Shown here: positions 29,563 through 39,340 of the stretch, in pieces
Layout: each line of letters begins with the position of its first letter
How positions within the stretch are numbered: the first letter of the stretch is position 1
Virus record (IMG/VR): IMGVR_UViG_3300005512_000004
Source: an uncultured virus (IMG/VR IMGVR_UViG_3300005512_000004)
Lineage: Duplodnaviria > Heunggongvirae > Uroviricota > Caudoviricetes
Length of the DNA stretch: 64,000 bases
Strand: one strand, 5' to 3'
Program-made: the position numbers and the translations under genes
The notes under the pieces: generated by a model
Database searches by the model: none
Seen by the model: the letters and a program-made list of their open reading frames with translations, nothing else
What the model was told of the DNA's origin: nothing

Positions 29563-30368
29563 TGCGGCACCCTAGCGAGAAGTTCATCAAATCCCTGCTT
29601 GTAGCGGGGAAGAACGACGACGAGATTAAGCAGGCGGTCGTAGACTACGGGCTCCCTCCGCTCACGGACGCGCACACAGATTATCTCGTACGGCTGCGTG
29701 TTGATCTCATTCCGAGTATCCCACAGGGCTATACAGGCTTTCAGGACGCAGACCGTGTCTTCTTAAAAGCAGAGGGGATAGACGGGCTCGTGCACCCAGA
29801 CAATGTCTCCGCGGGTGTGCTGTCTATTCTCCAGATGCCCTTCACACGCAGAGACGCGCTGTTAGGCCTACTAGGACGTATAGACGCGGACGATCTCGCG
29901 GAGCACTTAGGGAACAAACTTGGTGTCTCGCTCAGCGCAGCGCACGTACACGCCTTAAAGCACTATTACTACGACGTAGACATGCTCTCGCCTGATCAGT
30001 GGTTCGATGTCTTTAGCGCTATCCCTAACGAGATCGAGTCACAGCTCTACCACTCTTGTCTGGTCGGCGGTCCCATCGTCGCTGCGTACAAACTCGGACT
30101 CGAGCGTCACGTGACCGTAAAGGAAGCCGTACAAGAGGTCGTGTCGGCGCTCTATACGACATTACACGAGATCAAAGATTGGCCAGCGAGCCCTGCGAAG
30201 ATCAAGCTGCTCGCGGACACGATGGGCTCACTTGCCAAGGCACACAGCGTGCTTAATACGTCAGATCAAGAGCTCGCAGCTGTGGCTTCAGAGCTACGTA
30301 CGTTTAAGCTCGCCCGAAATAACACGAAGCCCAAACCCTTCGCACTACTCGCAGGTGTTAAAAAATGA
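29562..30368 (+). CDS. Hypothetical protein
   Basis: 268 aa, TAATG coupling. Confidence 0.65.
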   Translation: MRHPSEKFIKSLLVAGKNDDEIKQAVVDYGLPPLTDAHTDYLVRLRVDLIPSIPQGYTGFQDADRVFLKAEGIDGLVHPDNVSAGVLSILQMPFTRRDALLGLLGRIDADDLAEHLGNKLGVSLSAAHVHALKHYYYDVDMLSPDQWFDVFSAIPNEIESQLYHSCLVGGPIVAAYKLGLERHVTVKEAVQEVVSALYTTLHEIKDWPASPAKIKLLADTMGSLAKAHSVLNTSDQELAAVASELRTFKLARNNTKPKPFALLAGVKK

Positions 30369-30730
30369 AAGCGTTTGAAGGAGAGTCGTTTAACCGACAG
30401 TACTCCGCTGACCCTATTCGGTTCGAGACCGCAGAGTCGCCCCACTTCACGTGTACGTACTCCTATCGCGACAAGGACACTGTATTTCAGTTCGCGCCCA
30501 AGATCATACCGCTGCGTAAAGACTTTATGTCTAAGATACGTGAGTTGTTGCCGAACGTGGTTGGTGACGAGAGAGCTAAAAAATGCGACGTGACACATAT
30601 CGTAGATGAAGGCATCGATCGCGGAGAGAGCGTGTGTCTCATTGTGCCGGGTTTTACCCGTGACACGCTGGCGTCATCAAAACAGCTCTCGACAAAGCTA
30701 TTGACGGATTTTCATAACGCGTTGAGCTAA
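30365..30730 (+). CDS. Hypothetical protein
   Basis: 121 aa, overlaps the upstream stop. Confidence 0.55.
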   Translation: MKAFEGESFNRQYSADPIRFETAESPHFTCTYSYRDKDTVFQFAPKIIPLRKDFMSKIRELLPNVVGDERAKKCDVTHIVDEGIDRGESVCLIVPGFTRDTLASSKQLSTKLLTDFHNALS

Positions 30731-30770
30731 CTATCATCGTAGTTTTTACCGTCGTTGCGGACGTCGCGGA

Positions 30771-31082
30771 TTACTTGCTGTAGTTCTCCGCGAAGGAGGT
30801 GATGCAGAGCGCGCAGATCAGCGCCTCGATGCCGCCGATGCTATCGAGGTTGCCCGAGGGCATATTTCCGGCGAGCTCGCGAGCTCGCGTTACCACGCGG
30901 ATCAAGCGCGCCACGTAGGTCTCCGCCATAGGGTCGATGTCCTCGTGTGCCTGAATGACGATCTGCCCACTCTTTACGGTCACAGGGACCGCGATGCCGT
31001 ACTCCTCGGAGTAGGTGATGGTTGCCGTTGAGCCCTCAGTGAGGGCGTTGATCTCGTAGGCGTCTTTAACATGTGATAACAT
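30771..31082 (-). CDS. Hypothetical protein
   Basis: GAAAGG SD; variant motif CGTCATAAGTA upstream at 31156-31166. Confidence 0.55.
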   Translation of the reverse strand: MLSHVKDAYEINALTEGSTATITYSEEYGIAVPVTVKSGQIVIQAHEDIDPMAETYVARLIRVVTRARELAGNMPSGNLDSIGGIEALICALCITSFAENYSK

Positions 31083-31158
31083 GGTAAAGCCTTTCCGCGC
31101 GAATCGCGCTGGTCGTTTCGTCCTATCCACGGAAGTGTGGTGTTCTTGGACTACTTAC

Positions 31159-31494
31159 TTATGACGTAATCTCGCTCTTTTTTGCGCTTTCGTCTTCATG
31201 TATATACGCGGGCTTTCTGAGCGTCTTTTGGTACACGGTGATAGAGATCTCGTGCTCGAGCGACACACGCCCTATGAGCATGTCACGCGCTCGCGCCTCC
31301 TGCTTGAGTCCTTTACGTATCTGCGGGTGGAGAGCCTTGTGTATCGCTTCTCTCATCGGGCACTTTATGATAAAGCTGAGGGGGTCCGCTGGTTGAGAAA
31401 TAACGATCTCTTCGGTATCGCACACATCGAAGGCGACGAGGTTGATCATTCTAATAAGGTGTGTTGCGACGGAGATGCGGTCTATGCCTGTCAT
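31159..31494 (-). CDS. Hypothetical protein
   Basis: 111 aa ORF filling the gap before the terminase. Confidence 0.5.
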   Translation of the reverse strand: MTGIDRISVATHLIRMINLVAFDVCDTEEIVISQPADPLSFIIKCPMREAIHKALHPQIRKGLKQEARARDMLIGRVSLEHEISITVYQKTLRKPAYIHEDESAKKSEITS

Positions 31495-31573
31495 AAAGAA
31501 TACCCCAAGAAATCAGAAGGTGGTCACGCAGATACAATCCACGAGACCTTACCACGATGCGGAGTCCGTAGAT

Positions 31574-33229
31574 ATGGAGTTGCTAGGTCTTGATGGCTAC
31601 GCTACGGGGGAAGTAGAGGTCGCCTCGACAGATCAGGTGGAGATACGTCCTACGGATTTCGTAGAGTTCGCGATCTGTATCCCTGACCAACACACGAAAC
31701 AGCTACTTCCTTTCAGCTTCGACGAGCGTCGTTACCTCAAGCCTGTCTACAACACGACATCGCCGCGTGTACTTCTTAAGTGTGGCCGTCAGGTAGAGAA
31801 GTCCACGTATCTAGGGAACCGTCTACTCGCGCTCACCTGTATCCAACCTAGCCTGACGTCGCTGTATGTGAGCCCTACGAACCAGCAGACTAAGACATTC
31901 TCCAATGACCGTATTTCAGAGCCACTAGGTATCAGTCCGCGATTGCGTGCATGGACTGACCCGCACCTGCAGCAGAACGTCTTCCACAAGAAGTTTATCA
32001 ACCGCTCCCAGATCGTACTGCGTTACGCGTACTTAAACGCCGACCGTGTGCGCGGTATTCCTGCCGACCTCGTCTGTATAGACGAGATACAAGATATACA
32101 CACAGACAACATCCCTGTTATCGAAGAGTGCATCGCGCACAGCTCGTTTAAGTTCAAGCTCTACTCCGGTACGCCTAAGTCACTCGATAATACGATCGAG
32201 GGCTTATGGATAGATGAGAGTACGCAGAACGAGTGGGTTGTTCCGTGCGACCACTGCGGTGGGGGAGACGTGAGGCACTGGAACATACTCGACGAGTCGA
32301 ACATCGGCCCCAAGTACCTCGTGTGCGACAAGTGCCACAAGCAGATACACGCGATGCACGACGACGCGCAGTGGGCAAGCATGAATCCCAATCCGCGAGT
32401 ACCGAACCCTATGGATGGTTATCGCGTACCGCAGCTCATGGTGCCGTGGATCGCGTGGAACGATATTCTCAACAAGCAGCTCACCTACAGCCGTGGTAAG
32501 TTCCATAACGAGGTACTCGGGCTGTCATACGACAGCGGTACGCGCCCGCTGACTCGACAAGACATCATGGATAACTGCACGTCTCCTTATCGTATAGGCG
32601 ACCCTGCAGGTATGCGGGTGGCGCACGGATCTGGGACGCGTATCTTTATGGGCATTGACTGGGGCACGGGCGAGCAGACGTACACGACGGTCACGATCTG
32701 CGGCTACCTTAACCAGAAGTTTACGCTCCTATACATACGTCGCTTTGAGGGTCAAGAGAGTGAGCCCGTCGTACAGTTGGCGAAGATCAAGGAGCTTGTC
32801 GCGCAGTGGCACGTGTCCTTTATCGGAGCTGACTATGGTGGTGGTTTCGATAGAAACGATGACCTGCTGAGGACATTCGGGCCACGTAAGGTGTTTAAAT
32901 ACCAATACTCCACGGTCACGTCCGCCAAGATCAAGTGGGATGGCGGGCTCGCGCGCTTTATGCTCAACCGCACCGAGGTGATGTCGGATGTGTTTAACGC
33001 GATTAAGCGTCGAGACGTCTTCGCGTTCCCTTCGTGGGAGCAATTCGAGGTACCTTACGGGCAAGACTTCCTTAACATCTTCTCGGAGTACTCAGAGAAT
33101 CGTAGGATGAACGAGTACAAAAAGAGCCGCGGTGTTACGGACGACTCTTACCACGCGCTGCTATACGCTTTTGTCGTAAGCCAGATTACGAACCCTCGCC
33201 CCGACGTCTTCAGCCCAATACAGTCGTAA
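31574..33229 (+). CDS. terL: Terminase large subunit (lambda gpA-like, with Zn ribbon)
   Basis: KCGRQVEKST Walker A, CIDEIQD Walker B, SGTP, CDHC...CDKC, nuclease GIDWG / ADYG / DDSYHA; start uncertain (ORF open from 31442). Confidence 0.9.
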   Translation: MELLGLDGYATGEVEVASTDQVEIRPTDFVEFAICIPDQHTKQLLPFSFDERRYLKPVYNTTSPRVLLKCGRQVEKSTYLGNRLLALTCIQPSLTSLYVSPTNQQTKTFSNDRISEPLGISPRLRAWTDPHLQQNVFHKKFINRSQIVLRYAYLNADRVRGIPADLVCIDEIQDIHTDNIPVIEECIAHSSFKFKLYSGTPKSLDNTIEGLWIDESTQNEWVVPCDHCGGGDVRHWNILDESNIGPKYLVCDKCHKQIHAMHDDAQWASMNPNPRVPNPMDGYRVPQLMVPWIAWNDILNKQLTYSRGKFHNEVLGLSYDSGTRPLTRQDIMDNCTSPYRIGDPAGMRVAHGSGTRIFMGIDWGTGEQTYTTVTICGYLNQKFTLLYIRRFEGQESEPVVQLAKIKELVAQWHVSFIGADYGGGFDRNDDLLRTFGPRKVFKYQYSTVTSAKIKWDGGLARFMLNRTEVMSDVFNAIKRRDVFAFPSWEQFEVPYGQDFLNIFSEYSENRRMNEYKKSRGVTDDSYHALLYAFVVSQITNPRPDVFSPIQS

Positions 33230-33776
33230 CTCTGTCTAGCTGCGCCTTAGTGAACGCTGCCGCGATAGGGGCACGCACGTCGTCACTCGAGGACGAACAT
33301 AGATACCCTAGCTCGAGCGCGACCTTACACTGCTCACCGAGTTTTCGGATAAGGCGGTCGCTCATACGTGCCACATCACGAGCGAGATCTTCAGCTCGCG
33401 ATACAGTCCAGCGCTCTAGAGGCTCACGGCAGAGGAAGTACAGCGTGTTGTGTAGGCTCTCTACGTCTACGTCGCCTATATTGAGCAGCTCTTTCGTACT
33501 CGACATGCTGAGCATAGACTCTAACAGCGCTAGACGCGCTTCGAGCTCCACGATACGTGCGCTGTTAAACATGTGCTGTTTCGTGAGTTGGTCGAGCTTA
33601 GACTCCGCGTCCGCGTTAAAGCGCGCAAGCTCGTCTGTGCTGTACATGTCTTTGTTATTTACGCGGATAGGTGTTATCTTGTTAGTTGCTTTGTACCGCG
33701 CGAGCGTACGTCTACTGACGCCAAGGACTTGCGCAGCTTCCGTTGACGTTAGATAATGTATGGACTGCCCAGACAT
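33210..33776 (-). CDS. MerR/excisionase-type HTH protein with coiled coil
   Basis: YLTSTEAAQVLGVSRRTLARY...YSTDEL. Confidence 0.8.
   Translation of the reverse strand: MSGQSIHYLTSTEAAQVLGVSRRTLARYKATNKITPIRVNNKDMYSTDELARFNADAESKLDQLTKQHMFNSARIVELEARLALLESMLSMSSTKELLNIGDVDVESLHNTLYFLCREPLERWTVSRAEDLARDVARMSDRLIRKLGEQCKVALELGYLCSSSSDDVRAPIAAAFTKAQLDRVTTVLG
33729..33757 (+). promoter_or_regulatory. Possible sigma70-like promoter TTGCGC-N17-GATAAT for the head operon
   Basis: 33 nt upstream of ATG 33790, inside the divergent HTH gene. Confidence 0.35.
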
Positions 33777-33789
33777 AGAGGACCTCACT

Positions 33790-34554
33790 ATGTATACGAA
33801 ACAAGATCTGAGCGCGCTCGGGAAAGAGGCGAGCACTATGCTTCTTGAGCACGGTGTACCACTAAATGACGCGATTATAAAGATCGCGAGTAAGCGTCCC
33901 GATATGACGAAGGAGCATGTGCAACGCGTCATAGAGAACGCTAACTTAATCACCTTTGAGGATATGTTTAAGGGCGCGTCGAACAAGCACATCACGTTCG
34001 ATCTCGCCGATCCGAATGTTATACACGCGGAGTTAGATAAGACCGAGGATATCCCCGATCCTATCTACGCGACTGAGCCCGAGTATCGACACTCTGGCGG
34101 CTTTGACGCTTTTGACAAAGAGGCGTCTCTCACAATAGTACCTAAGCACGTGCAGTGGCGACGAGACTACTACGCGACTAAATCTGCGATGGATCGCTTG
34201 GAGAAGACCGCGACAGCCATAGACGCGGAGGCAGAGGCACAAACCCATAAGTTTATAGACATGTGTAAGCGCGCTTCTCTTGTAAGCGGAGGACTTAAGC
34301 CCGTCTTGCAGCTCGCAGGATATGCATCCAAAGACCCCGAGGTGTTCACCAAGGTGGCGTCGGTCGTGACGCAGGCGCTAAAGAACGTCGTGAGCGAGGG
34401 GGACTTTGTTGACACGCTCCCTAATAAAAACCACCCTATTTATGAGTCGTACGCCCAACTCGAAAGTACGATCAAACTAGCTAGCAGGCATAAGGCGGGC
34501 GTCATCAACGCGGCTCGCATGCACGAAGAAGTAAAGAGCCAGGAGTACCTATGA
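33790..34554 (+). CDS. Putative prohead core protein with repeated KxAS motifs
   Basis: GKEAS, IKIAS, DKEAS, EKTAT, CKRAS, TKVAS, IKLAS. Confidence 0.6.
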   Translation: MYTKQDLSALGKEASTMLLEHGVPLNDAIIKIASKRPDMTKEHVQRVIENANLITFEDMFKGASNKHITFDLADPNVIHAELDKTEDIPDPIYATEPEYRHSGGFDAFDKEASLTIVPKHVQWRRDYYATKSAMDRLEKTATAIDAEAEAQTHKFIDMCKRASLVSGGLKPVLQLAGYASKDPEVFTKVASVVTQALKNVVSEGDFVDTLPNKNHPIYESYAQLESTIKLASRHKAGVINAARMHEEVKSQEYL

Positions 34555-35462
34555 GTGAGCAAGAGAAGATAGCCCTTTCGGAGACACAGCGCGCCCTCGT
34601 CACACCGATCGTAGGAGGTCTCGCTGCGGGTGGTATTGCGTACGGCCTGCCAGCAGCGCTAGACAAAATACGTGAAGTTCGTGTGCGCCGTAATAGAGAC
34701 GATTACATTACGGCTATGAAAGACGTACATCCTGATCTCAAGGGTATACCGAAGAAGGACCTGCACATCGCGTATAACTCTTTGGCGATGCACTCACCGC
34801 ACGTCTTAAGGGATCCCCTGCTTGGAGGACAAGAGCTCTTACGTATGTCGAAGTACCGCCAAGCGGACATCAACTCGCTGAACGAGTTGAACAAGCTGCG
34901 AGGCAACAGCATGATGGACCAAGCGTTTATGAATGCTACGACTATGGTCGCGGGCGGAGTATCTGAGGGCTTTAAGGGCTATCAAGCTCAGCGACAAGCT
35001 GATGCCGACCAATCTTATCGAGAAAAGATGGATAAAGCTCGCTCCGACATGGACAATGCACGAATGGAACTCGAGAATAATAAGCTCAAGGAGACCCGTC
35101 GGCAGTTTGGGGTGAGAGATGCTTATCAGAAGGATCGTGACGCGCAGCTAGACGCTAGAGAGCGTATAAGGATGAGAGACTCGAAGGCCGAAGCCGATCG
35201 ACAGTTCAAACAACGCGCTCGCCAGTTCACGCTGACACGCGAAGATAATCTACGTAATTCGCGGGTGCGCAACAAGCAGTTTAAGCAGACACACCAAGCA
35301 ACGTTAAATCGTGACGCGATAGCCTCATCGAAAAACCAAATGGAGGTCGAGAAGCATTTCGCTTGGGAGGCTGAAGGGAGGCCAGGGCCTATGGCGATCA
35401 AGCGGGCATCTGCCGAGCACATCTACGATATCGTAGCGCGTCTGCGAGATCGGAATCTGTAA
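34551..35462 (+). CDS. Putative internal head protein (N-terminal hydrophobic segment, charged coiled coil)
   Basis: EKIAL at the N-terminus, IKRAS near the C-terminus. Confidence 0.55.
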   Translation: MSEQEKIALSETQRALVTPIVGGLAAGGIAYGLPAALDKIREVRVRRNRDDYITAMKDVHPDLKGIPKKDLHIAYNSLAMHSPHVLRDPLLGGQELLRMSKYRQADINSLNELNKLRGNSMMDQAFMNATTMVAGGVSEGFKGYQAQRQADADQSYREKMDKARSDMDNARMELENNKLKETRRQFGVRDAYQKDRDAQLDARERIRMRDSKAEADRQFKQRARQFTLTREDNLRNSRVRNKQFKQTHQATLNRDAIASSKNQMEVEKHFAWEAEGRPGPMAIKRASAEHIYDIVARLRDRNL

Positions 35463-37654
35463 TGGCGATCATTAAGGAGAGCACATTCCCCTCTATGGGG
35501 CCGGACGGCGAACCCCTCGTTCGTCTTCTCGACTCGTTGCCCTCCGGCGCCGACATGGAGAAGACCGCGGGGATTCATCCCGAGATCCTTGCGTACAAGC
35601 AGCAACTCGAGCCCGAGCCTGGTAAAACCTACGTGCATATTCTAGCGTTAGGTGCAGGTGACTACTACGGCGCAAACCTTAACAACGACCACTTCCCATG
35701 GGCGGGACTACAGCACGACCACACAAAGACGGCGCACCCCTACATGCACGGGTACAAGACGTTTTTAAACGCACATGCGTTCGCGCACCATATGAACAAA
35801 GACCCGGAGAAGGCCTACGGCGATGTGCTCGTCTCAGTCTTGAACACGAAGATGAAACGTGTCGAGCTTATCGTAGCCATCGACGAGGAGAAGTGTGTCC
35901 GCAACGGTGGGCAGCGTACGCTCGACAAGATAAAAGCGGGCGAGTATCCGTCGACAAGCATGGGCTGTCGTGTTCCATTCGACGTCTGCTCCATCTGTGG
36001 TCATAAGGCGAAGTACCGAAGCGAGTACTGTGAGCACACACGCGAGAACATGGGTAAGATCATGGCAGACGGACGTAAAGTGTTCGTCTATAACCCGTAC
36101 CCACGCTTCTTCGATATCAGCTTTGTCTTTATCGGCGCTGACCGTACGAGCTTCGTACTCGAGAAGGTCGCGCATCTGGAGCAGCTGGAGAAGGGTGCGG
36201 TCTTCGGGGCGGCAGCAAAAGCTTTAGGCGCCACCTTCGGTACGCGCACGGGGCGTGCTGCGCTCACGGGCGCCGCTATGGGAGGTCTGACGGGCGCTAT
36301 AAGCTCGCCTGACGGCGCGCGGGACACGGGACTCCTTAAAGGTATACTCGCAGGCGGCCTCACGGGAGGTTTAGCGAGTAAGGCGCTTAACTCCAAAGCC
36401 CTCACACGCTTTGCAGGGGCGAAGGTAAACGCCGTAGGCGAGTTAGGCGGCGTCGCAGCACTCGGCATGGGTGCAAGTAGCGCAATAAACAGTATGACGA
36501 ACCCCATGCCTCCCATGCCTGCGCAGACGAGCTCATTAGATGGTATGCCTAAGGTCGCATACAACACGATGATGGCAAAGGCGCTCCGTAAGTCGTCAGG
36601 TACTGTGCAACCATATATGGGTATGCGTGTTAAGCGGAAGGTTGCGCGCCAGCAATCATTGAAGGTAAAGGGCGTAACTTTCTCAAAGCTTAAACGTGGC
36701 GCGAAAGACTCGGCTGCTAGCGCGCTCGAGCTGTCTGCATTTTCCCCTCTGCCGATTCTCACGAAGGGTATGTACGACGGTACCGCGGGCGACACCGCTG
36801 TTGGATATTCGGAGGAAGCTGTGAAGGACAAGATGGTTGAAAAAGTCTCCGCGCTTAAATCTGCGACGGTGACTAAACTCTCGGACATCTTCAAAGACGT
36901 CACCTCTACACCCATGGGGCGTGCCGTGCCTATGAGTGTTGGTGCCGAGCCCGACATGTCATGTACGCAAATGGACTCGCTCGCAAGTAGCCGAGATCTA
37001 GGACAGTCTCTCTCGGGGCTCGCCTCCGCGGGCATCGTGCTAAAGCCCAAAGAGTTCCAACGTGTCGTGCTTGTACGCAGCGGTATGCGTGATATGGCGG
37101 ATGAGCTGGAGCGGCACAACGCTGTGTTCCCCGAACACGCGCCCACGGTCCGATCTGTCCGTATTGTTATCCAGAGTGATCCGCAGCAGACGGTGCCCAG
37201 AGGTGTGCTGGATCTAGTGCGTAATATGCTGCCGCATCGTTCGGCCCTCACGCCGTTTGCACTGCGTAGGCCTGTGTCTAACCCTGCGCCGACACCGCAC
37301 GTAGTGCGTCTGCGTTTAGGAGAGAGTCCTGTTCTGGATAAGGTAGCGTCGCTGTATAACGGATATAGAGAAGATGTTCTCCTGAATATGGAGAACATGA
37401 TTAAGTCCGCTATGCTCACACCTGACATCACATCAGCTGTCGCGAACATACGCGGGTTTAGTGATGGACAAGGGCCTGCCTTCAACGCTATGATGCAGGT
37501 ACCCCTCGCTTACTTTAGTCATGCCTACTGGAACAGATGTTGTTGCGACCGTACGCTATCTGATCGACAGTTTGCAGAGAAGTTCACTGAAGACAACCCA
37601 GAAATTGCAAGATATATTGCACAACATATTGCTACAGCCCGTAGTATAACGTAA
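35462..37654 (+). CDS. Prohead maturation protease (HK97/herpes assemblin-like fold) with Zn insert and long C-terminal extension
   Basis: NNDHF, HAFAHH..KDP..AYG, STSMGC (candidate catalytic Ser), CSICG...CEH, DISFVFIGAD; upstream of scaffold and capsid genes. Confidence 0.7.
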   Translation: MAIIKESTFPSMGPDGEPLVRLLDSLPSGADMEKTAGIHPEILAYKQQLEPEPGKTYVHILALGAGDYYGANLNNDHFPWAGLQHDHTKTAHPYMHGYKTFLNAHAFAHHMNKDPEKAYGDVLVSVLNTKMKRVELIVAIDEEKCVRNGGQRTLDKIKAGEYPSTSMGCRVPFDVCSICGHKAKYRSEYCEHTRENMGKIMADGRKVFVYNPYPRFFDISFVFIGADRTSFVLEKVAHLEQLEKGAVFGAAAKALGATFGTRTGRAALTGAAMGGLTGAISSPDGARDTGLLKGILAGGLTGGLASKALNSKALTRFAGAKVNAVGELGGVAALGMGASSAINSMTNPMPPMPAQTSSLDGMPKVAYNTMMAKALRKSSGTVQPYMGMRVKRKVARQQSLKVKGVTFSKLKRGAKDSAASALELSAFSPLPILTKGMYDGTAGDTAVGYSEEAVKDKMVEKVSALKSATVTKLSDIFKDVTSTPMGRAVPMSVGAEPDMSCTQMDSLASSRDLGQSLSGLASAGIVLKPKEFQRVVLVRSGMRDMADELERHNAVFPEHAPTVRSVRIVIQSDPQQTVPRGVLDLVRNMLPHRSALTPFALRRPVSNPAPTPHVVRLRLGESPVLDKVASLYNGYREDVLLNMENMIKSAMLTPDITSAVANIRGFSDGQGPAFNAMMQVPLAYFSHAYWNRCCCDRTLSDRQFAEKFTEDNPEIARYIAQHIATARSIT

Positions 37655-37662
37655 TATCACTG

Positions 37663-37682
37663 AGCGGACGTAGCTCCGCTTT
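37663..37682 (+). terminator. Small hairpin AGCGGA-loop-TCCGCT followed by a short T run
   Basis: 6-bp stem between protease and scaffold genes; weak U-tract, may be a stabilising hairpin instead. Confidence 0.35.
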
Positions 37683-37696
37683 ACTAAGGAGACCAC

Positions 37697-39340
37697 ATGA
37701 GCATGGATGAAATGCTAATGAACGAATTGTACGGGTCAGAAGAGGCCCAACAAGAAGAGCAAATTAAGCAGGCTCAAGTCGAGCTAGTTGAAGCGGTAGC
37801 CACTGAGGCAGGCGTCAACCTAAACGAGCTCGACGATGACGAGTTAGCAAAATTCGCACACTATGTTTTGTCCGATGAGGATGAAAAAACGGCCTCTTTA
37901 GCGGAGGCAGACGCTATGGGCCGCCAAATGGCTCACGCATACATGGACGAGATCAACAACCACTCACACAATGGAGATCATATGTACGGAGACACTCACG
38001 TTAAGATTGCGAGCGCACTTAATGATGTCGCTGAGGCCTGGGAGCTGGAGAAGACCGCACTGAGCGCTGCAGATCAGCAGTACATGCTGCTCAACCCCGG
38101 TGCTGCCTACGCCCCTGGTGACTTTCAACGCATGAGCCCTCTCGCACAACAATACGCCGAGATGGAGGCGCGTGCAGGTACTCAGGGTTCGGCTGCGCCC
38201 GCTCGTACGGGCGTGGGCGGCTACGACGTAGAGCGCGCANNNNNNNNNNNNNNNNNNNNNNNNNNNNNNNNNNNNNNNNNNNNNNNNNNNNNNNNNNNNN
38301 NNNNNNNNNNNNNNNNNNNNNNNNNNNNNNNNNNNNNNNAGGCTCAAGTCGAGCTAGTTGAAGCGGTAGCCGCTGAGGCAGGCGTCAACCTAAACGAGCT
38401 CGACGATGACGAGTTAGCAAAATTCGCACACTATGTTTTGTCCGATGAGGATGAAAAAACGGCCTCTCTAGAGGAGGCAGACGCTATGGGCCGCCAAATG
38501 GCTCGCGCATACATGGACGAGATCAACAACCACTCACACAACGGAGATCATATGTACGGAAACACTCACGTTAAAATTGCGAGCGCACTTAGCGATGTCG
38601 CTGAGGCCTGGGAGCTGGAGAAGACCGCACTGAGCGCTGCAGATCAGCAGTACATGTTGCTCAACCCCGGTGCTGCCTACGCCCCCGGTGACTTTCAACG
38701 CATGAGCCCTCTCGCACAACAATACGCCGAGATGGAGGCGCGTGCAGGTACTCAGGGTTCGGCTGCGCCCGCTCGTACGGGCGTGGGCGGCTACGACGTA
38801 GAGCGCGCAGGGGCGAAGTCTAACAAGAAGGGCACTGACGCCGGCCGCGAGATGGTCGCCGACTACTATGAGAGGCAACACAAGGCCAATCCCAATATCA
38901 AGCGCCCCGGTGACGTGAAGTCGAATGCGTCATTCCTCAGCCGAGCAGGTGATCACCTGAGCGCCCACAAGGGTAAGTACATCGGTGGTGCTGCTGCACT
39001 TGGTGCTCTGGGCGCAGGTGCCTACTACATGAAGAAGAAGCGCGACGCGCAGAAGAAGACCGCGGCTTTCCTCGACAATGGGTACGAGGCGCTCGCGCTG
39101 ATTAACATGTACGAGCCCGAGGAGTTCGCCAAAGAGGCAGAGTTCCGTGCAGCCGAGATTCTTCTCGCGAACGGCGTAGATCCGGAGACCTTTGAGAACG
39201 TCTACCCCGAGCACGTCAAGATTGCCTCGTTCCCCGATGTTGATGATGCTGTCGACGGCTACGAGGCCCAGCTTGTCGCAGAGTACAACGACATGCTCGA
39301 TACTGCAGCCATGCACATCATCGAGAACATTTTAGACTAA
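37697..39340 (+). CDS. Acidic scaffold/core-like head protein (spans an assembly gap; length unreliable)
   Basis: AAGGAG SD; highly acidic; IKQAQ, EKTAS, VKIAS, EKTAL, KKTAA, AKEAE; 100-N gap inside. Confidence 0.6.
   Translation: MSMDEMLMNELYGSEEAQQEEQIKQAQVELVEAVATEAGVNLNELDDDELAKFAHYVLSDEDEKTASLAEADAMGRQMAHAYMDEINNHSHNGDHMYGDTHVKIASALNDVAEAWELEKTALSAADQQYMLLNPGAAYAPGDFQRMSPLAQQYAEMEARAGTQGSAAPARTGVGGYDVERAXXXXXXXXXXXXXXXXXXXXXXXXXXXXXXXXXXAQVELVEAVAAEAGVNLNELDDDELAKFAHYVLSDEDEKTASLEEADAMGRQMARAYMDEINNHSHNGDHMYGNTHVKIASALSDVAEAWELEKTALSAADQQYMLLNPGAAYAPGDFQRMSPLAQQYAEMEARAGTQGSAAPARTGVGGYDVERAGAKSNKKGTDAGREMVADYYERQHKANPNIKRPGDVKSNASFLSRAGDHLSAHKGKYIGGAAALGALGAGAYYMKKKRDAQKKTAAFLDNGYEALALINMYEPEEFAKEAEFRAAEILLANGVDPETFENVYPEHVKIASFPDVDDAVDGYEAQLVAEYNDMLDTAAMHIIENILD
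37770..38809. repeat. 470-bp near-identical direct repeat (37770-38239 and 38340-38809) flanking a 100-N gap
   Basis: Copies differ at roughly ten positions; N run at 38240-38339. Confidence 0.9.

Noticed and set aside
4683..33229. Inteins or introns in PolA, helicase, RNAP or terminase
   Set aside because: Motif spacing is compact; no intein splice motifs or homing endonuclease ORFs seen
33210..33776. HTH gene as excisionase (lysogeny) or terminase small subunit
   Set aside because: No integrase or att site seen; opposite strand and downstream of terL; function left unassigned
36088..37485. 465-aa minus-strand ORF, and similar antisense ORFs at 25981-26691, 61421-61867 and 62696-63511
   Set aside because: Shadow ORFs opposite well-supported genes in GC-rich DNA; no motifs
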